Part shown: positions 1 through 8,897 of the stretch, one piece after another
How positions within the stretch are numbered: position 1 is the stretch's first letter
Layout of the letters: every line of letters begins with the position of its first letter
From: Burkholderiales bacterium
Lineage (GTDB): Bacteria; Pseudomonadota; Gammaproteobacteria; Burkholderiales; WYBJ01
Assembly (NCBI GenBank): GCA_020848435.1
Contig: JADLAC010000037.1
Coordinates: 2,551 to 66,550 of the forward strand
Direction: 5' to 3'
Length of the DNA stretch: 64,000 nucleotides
The notes under the pieces: generated by a model
Seen by the model: the letters and a program-made list of their open reading frames with translations, nothing else
What the model was told of the DNA's origin: nothing
Database searches by the model: none
Position numbers and translations under genes: made by a program

Positions 1-639
1 CGGCTCGATGGCGGCCGCGGCCTCCGAGATGAGCTCGCGCTTCATGTCCGGATTCGCACTGTAATCCCCGCTCGCGAGCACCACGCCGCGGCGCGCGCGC
101 ACCGTCTCGACCGCGCCGTCGGCTCGCGCGACTTCGACGCCGCGCACGCGCTCGCCGTCACGCACCAGCGCGCGTGCGCGCGCGCTGGTGATGATATGCA
201 CGCCGATCTTTCGTGCATGCCGCTCGAGATGGAAGATATAGGCGCGCGAGCCAGGGATGACGTTGTGCATGCGCGGCTTCCTGTGCGGCGGCTCTTCCAG
301 CGGACCGAAGAACTCGACACCGAGCGCTCCGAGCCAATTCACCGTCTCGGGAACGTTGTCCGCGAGCACGCGGCGTAAAGGATCGTTGTCCGGACGCGAG
401 GTGTATTTCTTCGAAAACAGCGCCATGTCCTCGAAGTGCGCCTCGGGGGTATCGACGATGCCGCGACGCTTCTGCTGTGCCGTACCCGAGGCGCTGATGG
501 AGCCGATGGAGCGTGCCGTCGTGCCGCCGAGCGCTGGGTTCTTTTCCAGCAACACGACGTTCGCCCCGCTCTCGCGTGCCCCGATTGCGGCCGCCAGCCC
601 CGAGCCGCCGCCGCCGACCACCACCACGTCCGCTTCCAT
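1..639 (-). CDS. FAD-dependent oxidoreductase, N-terminal part (FAD_binding_2 / KstD- or fumarate-reductase-flavoprotein-like); C-terminus lies beyond position 1
   Basis: Absent from the ORF track because it stays open to position 1. The minus-strand ATG at 639-637 gives MEADVVVVGGGGSGLAAAIGARESGANVVLLEKNPALGGTTARSIGSISA..., a classic GxGxxG FAD-binding N-terminus, and later ...RGVVLASGDYSANPDM... Confidence 0.8.
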   Translation of the reverse strand, partial: MEADVVVVGGGGSGLAAAIGARESGANVVLLEKNPALGGTTARSIGSISASGTAQQKRRGIVDTPEAHFEDMALFSKKYTSRPDNDPLRRVLADNVPETVNWLGALGVEFFGPLEEPPHRKPRMHNVIPGSRAYIFHLERHARKIGVHIITSARARALVRDGERVRGVEVARADGAVETVRARRGVVLASGDYSANPDMKRELISEAAAAIEP

Positions 640-709
640 CATGACCCGATTCGATGAACCGCGGCGACAGCGCGATGCGAATCGCGCCCTCGCATGCGCC
701 TGCGACCGG

Positions 710-1057
710 CTACTTCGCTGCTCCGGCGGCAAGCATGGCTTTGAGCGTCGGCTCGAAAAACGCCGGCACGCGCATGATGCGCGTATTCTGTTTGAGAATC
801 TTGGGCTGGTTCTTCGCCCGGTAGGCCGGCCAAGCGGGATCGGCGGCCAGCGCGGCACGCCGGCGCTCGCGATCCGCGAAGTCCTCGAAGGCCCACAGGT
901 GCACGAGCAGGTTCTGCTCGCCGACTTCATTGATGTAGAACCCGACCATGTGGCCGAGGTGATGGCGCAGTATCGGCAAGGCTTCGCGCTCGTAGATCTC
1001 CATGAACTCGGGCACCTTGCCGACGTACAGCGTGTACATGCGTTCTTCGACGATCAT
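710..1057 (-). CDS. NIPSNAP family protein
   Basis: 115-aa ORF MIVEERMYTLYVGKVPEFMEIYEREALPILRHHLGHMVGFYINEVGEQNLLVHLWAFEDFADRERRRAALAADPAW... fits the NIPSNAP pattern as I remember it. It lies on the same strand, 70 nt upstream of the FAD oxidoreductase. Confidence 0.75.
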   Translation of the reverse strand: MIVEERMYTLYVGKVPEFMEIYEREALPILRHHLGHMVGFYINEVGEQNLLVHLWAFEDFADRERRRAALAADPAWPAYRAKNQPKILKQNTRIMRVPAFFEPTLKAMLAAGAAK

Positions 1058-1348
1058 CGCGCGCTTCTCCAGGATCGATTTTCATCCGAGCCCGGCGCAC
1101 CGGGCCCATGCTCAAATGGGTGAGTATGACCATCCCTGGGCTATCAGATCAAGCGAGATTGCGCGATGGTCTTCCATTCGGTTTTCTGATCGCGCCGGAA
1201 TCCTCAATCCCTCTACCCCGATTCGCGCTGATGCCGGAGTCGAAGCACGCGTATCAGATCTAGCGGCTCATCGTTGCGTTCGGCGTCAGGCGGGAACCCA
1301 GCGGCACCAGATACAATAGGCTGAAGGGGCGAAGGCTCGGAGCCTAGC

Positions 1349-2206
1349 GTGAAGCATACAAAGATCAACGCGCCTGCGTCTTTGGCGATCGAGTCCTCTT
1401 GCATCATCGAAGGCGACGCATACGTAGTGCTGGCGCACCTGCCGGACCAGTGTGTTCAAACGGTTGTGACATCCCCGCCCTATTGGGGCCTCCGCGACTA
1501 TGATCTGCCGGGACAGATTGGACTAGAAGAGGCGCTGCCACAGTATCTTAACCGGCTGGTCGCTATCTTCGCGGAGGTCAAGCGCGTGTTGAGAGACGAC
1601 GGGACGCTTTGGCTTAACGTCGGCGATGGGTATACAAGCGGGAATCGCGGCTGGCGCGCTCCCGACAAGAAGAACTCTGCACGGGCCATGGAAGTGCGGC
1701 CTGACACACCCGAAGGGCTAAAACCGAAGGACCTCCTCGGCATCCCGTGGCGTTTGGCACTGCGCCTGCAGGACGACGGCTGGTATCTACGCAGCGATAT
1801 CATCTGGCACAAGCCAAACGCAATGCCAGAGAGCGTCAAAGACCGCCCCACCAGAGCGCACGAGTACATCTTCCTCTTCAGCAAGCGGGAACGGTATTAC
1901 TATGATCAGAACGCCATCCTAGAGGTCAACGGGCGCAACAAACGCTCCGTGTGGAGTGTGAACACCCTTCCACTCGTACTCCCACACGCGGCGACGTTCC
2001 CTCCCGCCCTGATCCGTCCCTGCATCCTTGCCTCTACCCGTTCGGGCGATTATGTGCTCGATCCATTCTTCGGCTCAGGTACCGTCGGACTCGTGTGTGA
2101 AGAAACAGGGCGGAATTACTTGGGTATCGAGCTTCATGCCGAGTATGTAAAGCTCGCGGCCGAGCGACTGGGCGCACTGATGACGCACGTTGTCAAGGTG
2201 GCCTAG
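1349..2206 (+). CDS. Site-specific DNA methyltransferase, beta-class N4-cytosine/N6-adenine amino-methyltransferase (N6_N4_Mtase fold)
   Basis: GTG 1349 is preceded by GGAG (1338-1341). Motif IV ...VVTSPPYWGLRDY... is near the N-terminus and motif I ...VLDPFFGSGTVGLV... near the C-terminus, which is the beta-class order. Also present: ...DIIWHKPNAMPESVKDRPTRAHEYIFLFSK.... Codons are visibly more A/T-rich than in neighbouring genes. Confidence 0.9.
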   Translation: MKHTKINAPASLAIESSCIIEGDAYVVLAHLPDQCVQTVVTSPPYWGLRDYDLPGQIGLEEALPQYLNRLVAIFAEVKRVLRDDGTLWLNVGDGYTSGNRGWRAPDKKNSARAMEVRPDTPEGLKPKDLLGIPWRLALRLQDDGWYLRSDIIWHKPNAMPESVKDRPTRAHEYIFLFSKRERYYYDQNAILEVNGRNKRSVWSVNTLPLVLPHAATFPPALIRPCILASTRSGDYVLDPFFGSGTVGLVCEETGRNYLGIELHAEYVKLAAERLGALMTHVVKVA

Positions 2207-2708
2207 TGCCAATCTCGATTCCGATTCCTCAGCTACAGATTGACTTCGCCTTTGCATTGGAGCAGGTCCGCCCAGCATGGCCGACGAGAAAGCCCATCGA
2301 GTAACAGGTTCTACCGACTTTCTCAGGTCGACGGTAAGTCAGGAGACGAGTATGTCGACTTCCGCAATCGCGTCATCTCTATGACCGATGTGCCTTCACC
2401 TTGAGCGCACAAAGAGCATGAGCGGCAATGGATAAACTGACGCCGACAACGCGATGGCGTGCGTCAGGAAGCAACCTGCGCTCGCCCGGCACGCCGGCGT
2501 CACAGCGCCGGGCACGCGCGATTTGAGACCTCGCCTAGGCCGTACGCGAGGTTGCGGATGCACCCTGCATTCGGCTAGGCGTGCGGCGTCATCGATGTGA
2601 GATCTCTCCTGGAGCAGGCACCGCGCGCTGACATAAGCTCGGCGGGGTCGGCGTTGCACGCGGACGGGAAGATTGCGAGGCTCGTTGCAACAGACTTCGG
2701 GAGGCGCC

Positions 2709-3602
2709 ATGGATATTCGTAGCATCATCGCTGCGGGCGTACTGGCAGCAACCGTCAGCGCTCCGGCAGGCGCGTTCAACGTCTTTTCTCTCGGCGGCGA
2801 CCAGGCCCTCAAGTGGGGCAGCAACACGGTCGGAACTCCGGGCGGCACCGTCACCTGGAGCCTGATGCCCGACGGAACCAGCCTGGATCCCAGTGCCCCC
2901 GGCTACATGCACGGCACGTCGAACCTCTCCAGCGTCTTCTTGGAGGTCGGCGGCCAAGCCGCGGCGCTGTCGATGCTGCAGAACGCCTTCGGCGCCTGGT
3001 CGGCCGTCGCCGACGTGCAGTTCCAGTTCATCGGCACCGACGACGGCACACCCTTCGGCGCCTCCTATGCCGCTGGACAGAGCCTCGGCCACATCCGCAT
3101 CGGCGCGTTCGAGATCGACGGATTCTCTGCCGCGGTGGGCTTCGCCGCGCCACCGAACGGCGGCACCACCCTCGAGGGCGATCTGATCTTCAATTCGCGC
3201 AGCGACATTTCGTTCTTCGTCGCACCCGGATCCGAAGGCGATCTGTACGATCTGTTTCCGCCCGGCGGCGGAGCGTACCGCAACGACTTCCAGGGACTCG
3301 CGGCGCACGAAATCGGCCACACGCTGGGCCTCGACCATACCGACGTGACGACCGCGCTCATGTGTGGCGGATCGAGCAGCGCGCAGTGCTATTGGTCGGA
3401 TCCGGACGGCGATGGCAAGGCACCCATCACGCGCCTGCCGAAGCTCGACGACATCGCGGGCGCGCAGTACCTCTACGGCCCTGCGCCGATTCCCGAGCCG
3501 CAAACCTGGCTGCTGCTGCTGGCGGGCTTGGCCTTGGTCGGGATGGCCGCGCATCATCGGTTTGCCGCGCCCGGCAAACTTCTGCGCTCTAACATCGCCT
3601 GA
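2709..3602 (+). CDS. Secreted matrixin-like (M10) zinc metalloprotease with C-terminal PEP-CTERM sorting signal
   Basis: ATG 2709 follows GGGAGG (2699-2704). Signal peptide MDIRSIIAAGVLAATVSAPAGA. Zinc site AAHEIGHTLGLDH (HExxHxxGxxH) followed by the Met-turn ...TTALMCG. The C-terminus ...PIPEPQTWLLLLAGLALVGMAAHHR... has a PEP motif, a hydrophobic helix and a basic patch. Confidence 0.85.
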   Translation: MDIRSIIAAGVLAATVSAPAGAFNVFSLGGDQALKWGSNTVGTPGGTVTWSLMPDGTSLDPSAPGYMHGTSNLSSVFLEVGGQAAALSMLQNAFGAWSAVADVQFQFIGTDDGTPFGASYAAGQSLGHIRIGAFEIDGFSAAVGFAAPPNGGTTLEGDLIFNSRSDISFFVAPGSEGDLYDLFPPGGGAYRNDFQGLAAHEIGHTLGLDHTDVTTALMCGGSSSAQCYWSDPDGDGKAPITRLPKLDDIAGAQYLYGPAPIPEPQTWLLLLAGLALVGMAAHHRFAAPGKLLRSNIA

Positions 3603-3910
3603 CGGCGCAGCCAGCCGGCGAGCGTTCGAGAGGGCAGGCGTCACCGAAGAGGCGACGGCTGCGAGGCTCACCGCCGCCGGATCTCGGCGGGCCGGACGCG
3701 CAATGTTTGCGCTCGGCGCTGGAATTGCCGAGCCTTCTCGCGCGCACACCGGCGCGATCCATGAAAGCATCGTCCCAGCTTCGCGTCGACGGAAACCTGA
3801 TAACGAAATGACGGTACTGGAGGGTATAGTCTGATGCACCATCGGGCGTGGCCGTTGCCGACGCTCGCCTTTGGTAGACTCTCGACTCCACAACCGATCG
3901 GAGATCCGTC

Positions 3911-4102
3911 ATGCCGTTCATTCACGTCCGGCTGTTCGAAGGCCGCACTCAAGAGCAGAAACGTGCGTTCGTGGAAGCGGTGACGCGCGAAACCGCGCGT
4001 ACCTTGAATTGTCCGGCGGAGGCCGTCGACATCGTGTTCGACGACGTGAAGAAATCCGACTGGGCGCACGCCGGCAAGCTGGCGTCGGACGCGGGCAAGT
4101 AA
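3911..4102 (+). CDS. 4-oxalocrotonate tautomerase family protein
   Basis: 63 aa, MPFIHVRLFEGRTQEQKRAFVEAVTRETARTLNCPAEAVDIVFDDV... It has the catalytic Pro-1 and the typical 4-OT beta-alpha-beta length and pattern. RBS GGAGA lies 6 nt upstream. Confidence 0.85.
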   Translation: MPFIHVRLFEGRTQEQKRAFVEAVTRETARTLNCPAEAVDIVFDDVKKSDWAHAGKLASDAGK

Positions 4103-4318
4103 CCACCGATGCACCAGCCTCGAAGCGCCGAGTCCCCGAGCGGCGCTTCCTGCCGACGTCCATAGCGGCATCCTGGCACCCGCATCCTGAGCGCGTTGAC
4201 AGCCCCGCGCTGCCTCACCCACAATAGCCGGGCGGGGATACGGCAGACTCCCCGCCAGTTCAAGACGCCCGCGCGTCCAAGTGCTGCCTTTGCGTGATTG
4301 CGTGCGCGAAGGAGAGTC

Positions 4319-5113
4319 ATGGACGCTTCCATCACCCCACGAAACCTGCGGGACGCTCGCGACGCCGGTGCGCCCGTTCTGGTCATCGATGTACGCCGCC
4401 GGCCAGCATTTCTCGCCGCGGCCGACATGGTCGCCGGTGCCCTGCGGCGCGATCCCGAGGCGCTCGACAGCTGGGCCGACGCGCTGCCGCCGGCCGCCGG
4501 CATCGTCGTGTACTGCGTGCACGGGCACGAGGTGAGCCGGGGCGTTGCAGGGTCATTGCGCGCGCGCGGGCTCGACGCACGCTTCGTCGAGGGCGGGCTG
4601 AGCGCCTGGAAACAGGCGGGTGGCGAAGTCATGGCGAAACCCGCCGGCGCCGCGACGCGCTGGGTCACGCGCGAGCGGCCGAAGGTGGACCGCATCGCCT
4701 GTCCCTGGCTCGTTGCGCGCTTCGTCGACCAGGACGCGGAGTTTCTCTACGTGCCCTCTTCCGAGGTAACACGCACGGCGGTAGAACAAGACGCCATCGC
4801 CTATGACATCCCCGGCGTCCACTTCTCGCACGAGGGCGAGAACTGTAGCTTCGACGCCTTCCTCGAGACCTTCCGGCTGACCGATCCGGCGCTCATCCGA
4901 TTGGCCGGCATCGTACGCGGCGCCGACACCGCACACCTCGACCTCGCCCCGCAGGCCGCCGGATTGCTCGCCGTGTCGCTGGGCTTATCGCACCGCTATG
5001 CGGACGATCACGAGATGCTGAGGCATGGCATGACGATCTACGACGCCCTGTACCTCTGGTGCAAGGACGGTCAGGACGCGCGTCATACCTGGAACCCCGG
5101 CGCCTTTCGCTGA
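4319..5113 (+). CDS. Rhodanese domain fused to ChrB C-terminal (chromate-resistance) domain
   Basis: ATG 4319 follows GGAGAG. The N-terminal rhodanese-like part is ...VLVIDVRRRPAF...IVVYCVHGHEVSRGVAGSLRARGLDARFVEGGLSAW. The following ...RWVTRERPKVDRIACPWLVARFVDQDAEFLYVP...NCSFDAFLETFRL... I recognise as ChrB_C. The gene sits immediately upstream of chrA. Confidence 0.75.
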   Translation: MDASITPRNLRDARDAGAPVLVIDVRRRPAFLAAADMVAGALRRDPEALDSWADALPPAAGIVVYCVHGHEVSRGVAGSLRARGLDARFVEGGLSAWKQAGGEVMAKPAGAATRWVTRERPKVDRIACPWLVARFVDQDAEFLYVPSSEVTRTAVEQDAIAYDIPGVHFSHEGENCSFDAFLETFRLTDPALIRLAGIVRGADTAHLDLAPQAAGLLAVSLGLSHRYADDHEMLRHGMTIYDALYLWCKDGQDARHTWNPGAFR

Positions 5114-5171
5114 GGCGAACGCTCAGCACGGGATCCGGCACGCCATTCGGTCCTCACGAAAGAAGACGAAC

Positions 5172-6545
5172 GTGACCAATGCAATCAGGCATACAAGCGC
5201 GGCTACGCAGACCGATTCCGCGAGCGAGCGTCCCGCGGTCAGCTTCGGCCAGGCCTTTCTCTTCTGGCTCAAGCTCGGGTTCATCAGCTTCGGCGGACCA
5301 GCCGGCCAGATCGCCATCATGCACGAGGAGCTGGTGCAGCGCAGGCGCTGGATCTCGGAGCGACGCTTCCTGCACGCGCTCAACTACTGCATGGTGCTGC
5401 CAGGGCCTGAAGCGCAGCAGCTCGCCACCTACATCGGCTGGCTGATGCACAAGACCTGGGGCGGCATCGTGGCCGGCGGCCTGTTCGTGCTGCCGTCGCT
5501 GTTCATCCTGGTCGCGCTGTCGTGGGTTTACATGGCGTTCGGCGACGTGCCCGCGGTCGCCGGTGCGCTCTACGGCATCAAGCCGGCCGTGACGGCGATC
5601 GTCGTGTTCGCAGCCTACCGCATCGGTTCGCGTGCATTGAGAAACGGCATGCTGTGGGTAATCGCCGCGGCGGCCTTCATCGCGATCTTCGCCCTCAAGC
5701 TGCCTTTTCCGCTGATCGTGCTCGCCGCCGGAGTCGCGGGCTACGCCGGCGGACGCCTCGCGCCGGACAAGTTCACCGCCGGTGGCGGCCACGGCTCGGC
5801 TGCCGAGAGTTTCGGCGCGGCCATGATCGACGATCACACGCCGGCGCCCGAGCACGCGCGCTTCACGTGGCGCGGATTCGCCAGAGTGCTCGCGGTTGGT
5901 CTGCTGCTTTGGTGCGCCGTCCTGGGCGCCATCGTCGCGGCTACCGGCTGGCACAGCACGTTGAGTCAGATGAGCTGGTTCTTCACCAAGGCTGCGCTGC
6001 TCACCTTCGGCGGCGCTTACGCCGTCCTGCCTTACGTCTATCAGGCCGCGGTCGAGCACCACCAATGGCTCACGCCGCTGCAAATGATCGACGGTCTGGC
6101 GCTCGGCGAGACGACCCCGGGCCCGCTCATCATGGTGGTGGCCTTCGTCGGCTTCGTCGGCGGCTGGGTGCAGGAAATACTCGGCCCGGACAAGCTGTTC
6201 CTCGCCGGGACGCTGGCAGCGGCGGTAGTCACCTGGTTCACGTTCCTGCCGAGCTTCGTGTTCATTCTGCTCGGCGGCCCCCTGGTGGAGACGACGCACG
6301 GCGATCTCAAGTTCACTGCACCGCTCACCGGCATCACCGCGGCTGTCGTGGGGGTGATCCTGAACCTCGCCGTGTTCTTCGCCTATCACGTGCTCTGGCC
6401 GCAGGGTCTGCAAGGACGCTTCGATTGGTTCAGCGCCGCGGTCGGCATCGGCGCATTCCTCGCGTTGTGGCGCTTCAAGGCCGGCGTCATGGTTACGATC
6501 GCCGCTTGCGGTGCGCTCGGCGTGGCGTGGACGCTCATGGTCTGA
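5172..6545 (+). CDS. chrA: Chromate ion transporter (CHR family, long-chain)
   Basis: 457 aa starting at GTG 5172. Two CHR repeats are present: ...FLFWLKLGFISFGGPAGQIAIMHEELVQRRRWISERRFLHALNYCMVLPGPEAQQLATYIGW... and ...FFTKAALLTFGGAYAVLPYVYQAAVEHHQWLTPLQMIDGLALGETTPGPLIMV... The protein has many hydrophobic helices. Confidence 0.9.
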   Translation: MTNAIRHTSAATQTDSASERPAVSFGQAFLFWLKLGFISFGGPAGQIAIMHEELVQRRRWISERRFLHALNYCMVLPGPEAQQLATYIGWLMHKTWGGIVAGGLFVLPSLFILVALSWVYMAFGDVPAVAGALYGIKPAVTAIVVFAAYRIGSRALRNGMLWVIAAAAFIAIFALKLPFPLIVLAAGVAGYAGGRLAPDKFTAGGGHGSAAESFGAAMIDDHTPAPEHARFTWRGFARVLAVGLLLWCAVLGAIVAATGWHSTLSQMSWFFTKAALLTFGGAYAVLPYVYQAAVEHHQWLTPLQMIDGLALGETTPGPLIMVVAFVGFVGGWVQEILGPDKLFLAGTLAAAVVTWFTFLPSFVFILLGGPLVETTHGDLKFTAPLTGITAAVVGVILNLAVFFAYHVLWPQGLQGRFDWFSAAVGIGAFLALWRFKAGVMVTIAACGALGVAWTLMV

Positions 6546-6704
6546 CCGCGACGATACGCGAGCCGCCTCGGCCACGATCGCGCGCGGCTAGCCGAGGAAC
6601 TGCTGCCATCGCGGCGCACGCAGGTCGAGATGACGATATCGAACCGGCATCGAACGGATGGATTCGCCGCCGGGTCGACCTGAGCGATCCGGAACCGCCG
6701 GGTC

Positions 6705-7667
6705 TCAGTCTCCTATCGGCAGGTCGATCCCGACCCCGCGCTCGCGCGCGAGCGCGAGCACGCGGGCGCCGACGTAGATATCCTGGATCGCCATGCCGTG
6801 CGACTCGTAGAGCGTAATCTCTTCGTTGGCCGAGCGCCCCGGCAGGCGGCCGATGATCACCTCGCCGAGCTCGGCGAGGCTGTCCCATTGCAGCAAGCCT
6901 TTCTCGACCAGCGGCAGCAGGTCGCCGCACTCGTTGCGCGCGGTACCGCGGGCATCGACGATCACCCTGGCGGCCCGGCGCACCGCCGCCTCGTCCAGCT
7001 CGCGGCGGCTGAGCGCATTCGAGCCTGCCGCGTTGATATGCTGGCCGGCCTCGAGCAATTCGCCGGACAGAACCGGGTCGGACGCCTTGGTGACCAGGTT
7101 CACGATGTCGGCGCCGCGGACCGCATCGGCCACGGTGGGCAGCGCGTGCACCGGCACCCCGAGCCGCTGCGACATCATTGCGCTGAAGCTGCGAGCGCGC
7201 TCGATGCCGCGGCTATGGACTCTCACTTCGCGAATCTTGCGCACGTTGCAGACGGCCTCCAATTGCCCCACGGCTTGCTTGCCGGCACCGAGCATTGCGA
7301 CCACGGCGGCGTCGTCGCGAGCCAAGTAGCGGGTGGCGACGCCGCTCGCCGCGCCCGTGCGCATCATGCCGATCAGGCTCGCCTCCAGGATCGCGTCCAA
7401 GCGCCCGCTGCGCGTGTCGAACAGATTCAGGTAATAGCGCGTCCCCTTGGCGCGCGTGGCATAGTAGGCCTTGAAGCCGATGACCCCTAGATCCGGCGAG
7501 GCGCCTTCCAGCATGTGCAGCGTACCCTCGGGGATATGTGCGCGCACTCGCGGAACGTCGAGCGCTCGGCCGAGCGCGCGATCGGTGAACGCCTGCTCGA
7601 CCGCCGTCAATGCCATGGGCATCGTTAGCAAACGCTCGACGTCGCTCTCGTTCAGATACCGAATCAT
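6705..7667 (-). CDS. Ornithine cyclodeaminase / mu-crystallin family protein
   Basis: ATG 7667 follows GGAGGA. Sequence MIRYLNESDVERLL...VVAMLGAGKQAVGQLEAV...INAAGSN... The longer 352-aa track ORF is rejected because its N-terminal extension has no support. Confidence 0.85.
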   Translation of the reverse strand: MIRYLNESDVERLLTMPMALTAVEQAFTDRALGRALDVPRVRAHIPEGTLHMLEGASPDLGVIGFKAYYATRAKGTRYYLNLFDTRSGRLDAILEASLIGMMRTGAASGVATRYLARDDAAVVAMLGAGKQAVGQLEAVCNVRKIREVRVHSRGIERARSFSAMMSQRLGVPVHALPTVADAVRGADIVNLVTKASDPVLSGELLEAGQHINAAGSNALSRRELDEAAVRRAARVIVDARGTARNECGDLLPLVEKGLLQWDSLAELGEVIIGRLPGRSANEEITLYESHGMAIQDIYVGARVLALARERGVGIDLPIGD

Positions 7668-7777
7668 GGTTCCTCCGTCCCCGTTTCTCGCGGACAAGGA
7701 GGTCCGGCGCGAAAGCCGGCTGCCTCGTGATGCGCACCAGTAGCATAAACTTACGCTATTCATCCAGGGGAGGGGTC

Positions 7778-8770
7778 ATGGCAAGATCGGTTTGCGCGGC
7801 TCTCGGTGCCGCGCTTCTCGTTCCCGGCGTCGCACTGGCGCAATCACCGGCCGCGAGCCCCTCAACGGGCTATCCGTTACGCCCCGTGCGCATCGTCGCC
7901 CCTCAGCCTGCCGGCAGCGGCGTCGATACCTACACGCGCGCCATCGCGCACAAGCTGACCGAGGCGTGGGGCCAGCAGGTGATCGTCGACAACCGTCCCG
8001 GCGCCAACGGCATCATCGGCATCGAGCAGGTCACCAAGGCGAAACCCGACGGTTACACCTTGCTTGCCGCCTTTACCTCGGTGCTGGTGATCAACCCGCA
8101 CGTCTACAAGACGCTACCGTACGATCCGCAGCGCGACCTCACGCCGGTCATGCAGACGATCACGAACAGCATCGCACTGGTCGTGCATCCGAATTTGCCG
8201 GTGCGTTCGCCCAAGGCGCTCGTGGCCCTGGCGAAGTCGCGACCCAGAGACCTCCTGTACGCATCCAACGGCGTCGGCAACGTGAGCCATCTCAGCGCGG
8301 AATTGCTGTCCGCAGAAACCGGGGTGCTACTCACGCATGTTCCCTACAAGGGGGCGACGCCCGCGATCCAGGAGACGATCTCCGGCCAGGTCGCGCTCAC
8401 CTTCCCGACCTTGATCGGCGTCAGCGCGCATATCCGCGCGAACCGCCTGCGGCTGCTCGCCACCTGCGGCGAAAAGCGCGCGAGCCTGTTTCCCGAGACA
8501 CCGACGATGGCGGAATCGGGATTCCCCGGCATGATCGTCACGGGTTGGGGTGGCTACATGGCGCCCGCCAACACGCCGCGCGATATCGTCGCCGCGTTCC
8601 AGCGCGAAGCCGCGCGGGCGTTGCACAGCCCCGACCTGCGCGAGCGCTTGAGCGCGCTCGGCTCCGACCCCGAGGTCAGCACGCCCGAGCAGTTCGCCGC
8701 CTTTCTCAAGTCCGAAACGGACAAATGGGCGCGGGTCGTCAAGCGCGCGGGGATCTACCAGAGCCAATAG
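7778..8770 (+). CDS. Bug/TctC-family periplasmic solute-binding protein
   Basis: ATG 7778 follows GGGGAGGGG. Signal peptide MARSVCAALGAALLVPGVALAQ. Family hallmarks present: YPLRPVRIVAPQPAGSGVD, DNRPGANG, PDGYTLL, HVPYKG and a C-terminal ...FAAFLKSETDKWARVVKRAGI... Confidence 0.9.
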   Translation: MARSVCAALGAALLVPGVALAQSPAASPSTGYPLRPVRIVAPQPAGSGVDTYTRAIAHKLTEAWGQQVIVDNRPGANGIIGIEQVTKAKPDGYTLLAAFTSVLVINPHVYKTLPYDPQRDLTPVMQTITNSIALVVHPNLPVRSPKALVALAKSRPRDLLYASNGVGNVSHLSAELLSAETGVLLTHVPYKGATPAIQETISGQVALTFPTLIGVSAHIRANRLRLLATCGEKRASLFPETPTMAESGFPGMIVTGWGGYMAPANTPRDIVAAFQREAARALHSPDLRERLSALGSDPEVSTPEQFAAFLKSETDKWARVVKRAGIYQSQ

Positions 8771-8897
8771 CGCTGCTGATCGCGCCAGGCACGCCGTCGT
8801 GGCTCGGCGAACGGCGCACAACGCACGCGCCTGGCTCGAGGCGCGCGCCGTATCGGGTTCTAGAATGGCGCTCGAGCATCGACCTCGGACCGGGAGA

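Noticed and set aside
1142-1259. Direct repeat TATCAGATC (1142-1150 and 1251-1259), considered as possible target-site duplication or att sites of the methyltransferase islet
   Set aside because: Both copies lie on the same (upstream) side of the methyltransferase gene, so they do not flank the islet. A 9-bp match is within chance expectation.
3589-3921. 110-aa minus-strand ORF, and the 156-aa plus-strand ORF at 3364-3834, which fill the 308-bp gap between the protease and the tautomerase
   Set aside because: The translations are Arg/Ser/Gly/Ala-rich with no motif, no RBS and no family resemblance. I treat them as non-coding. A small real gene cannot be excluded without homology or expression data.
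4231-4256. Perfect 8-bp stem hairpin GGCGGGGA-TACGGCAGAC-TCCCCGCC between the tautomerase and the chrB-like gene
   Set aside because: No U-tract follows and it lies 129 nt after the stop. It could be a terminator or a regulatory hairpin, but the sequence alone does not support either call.
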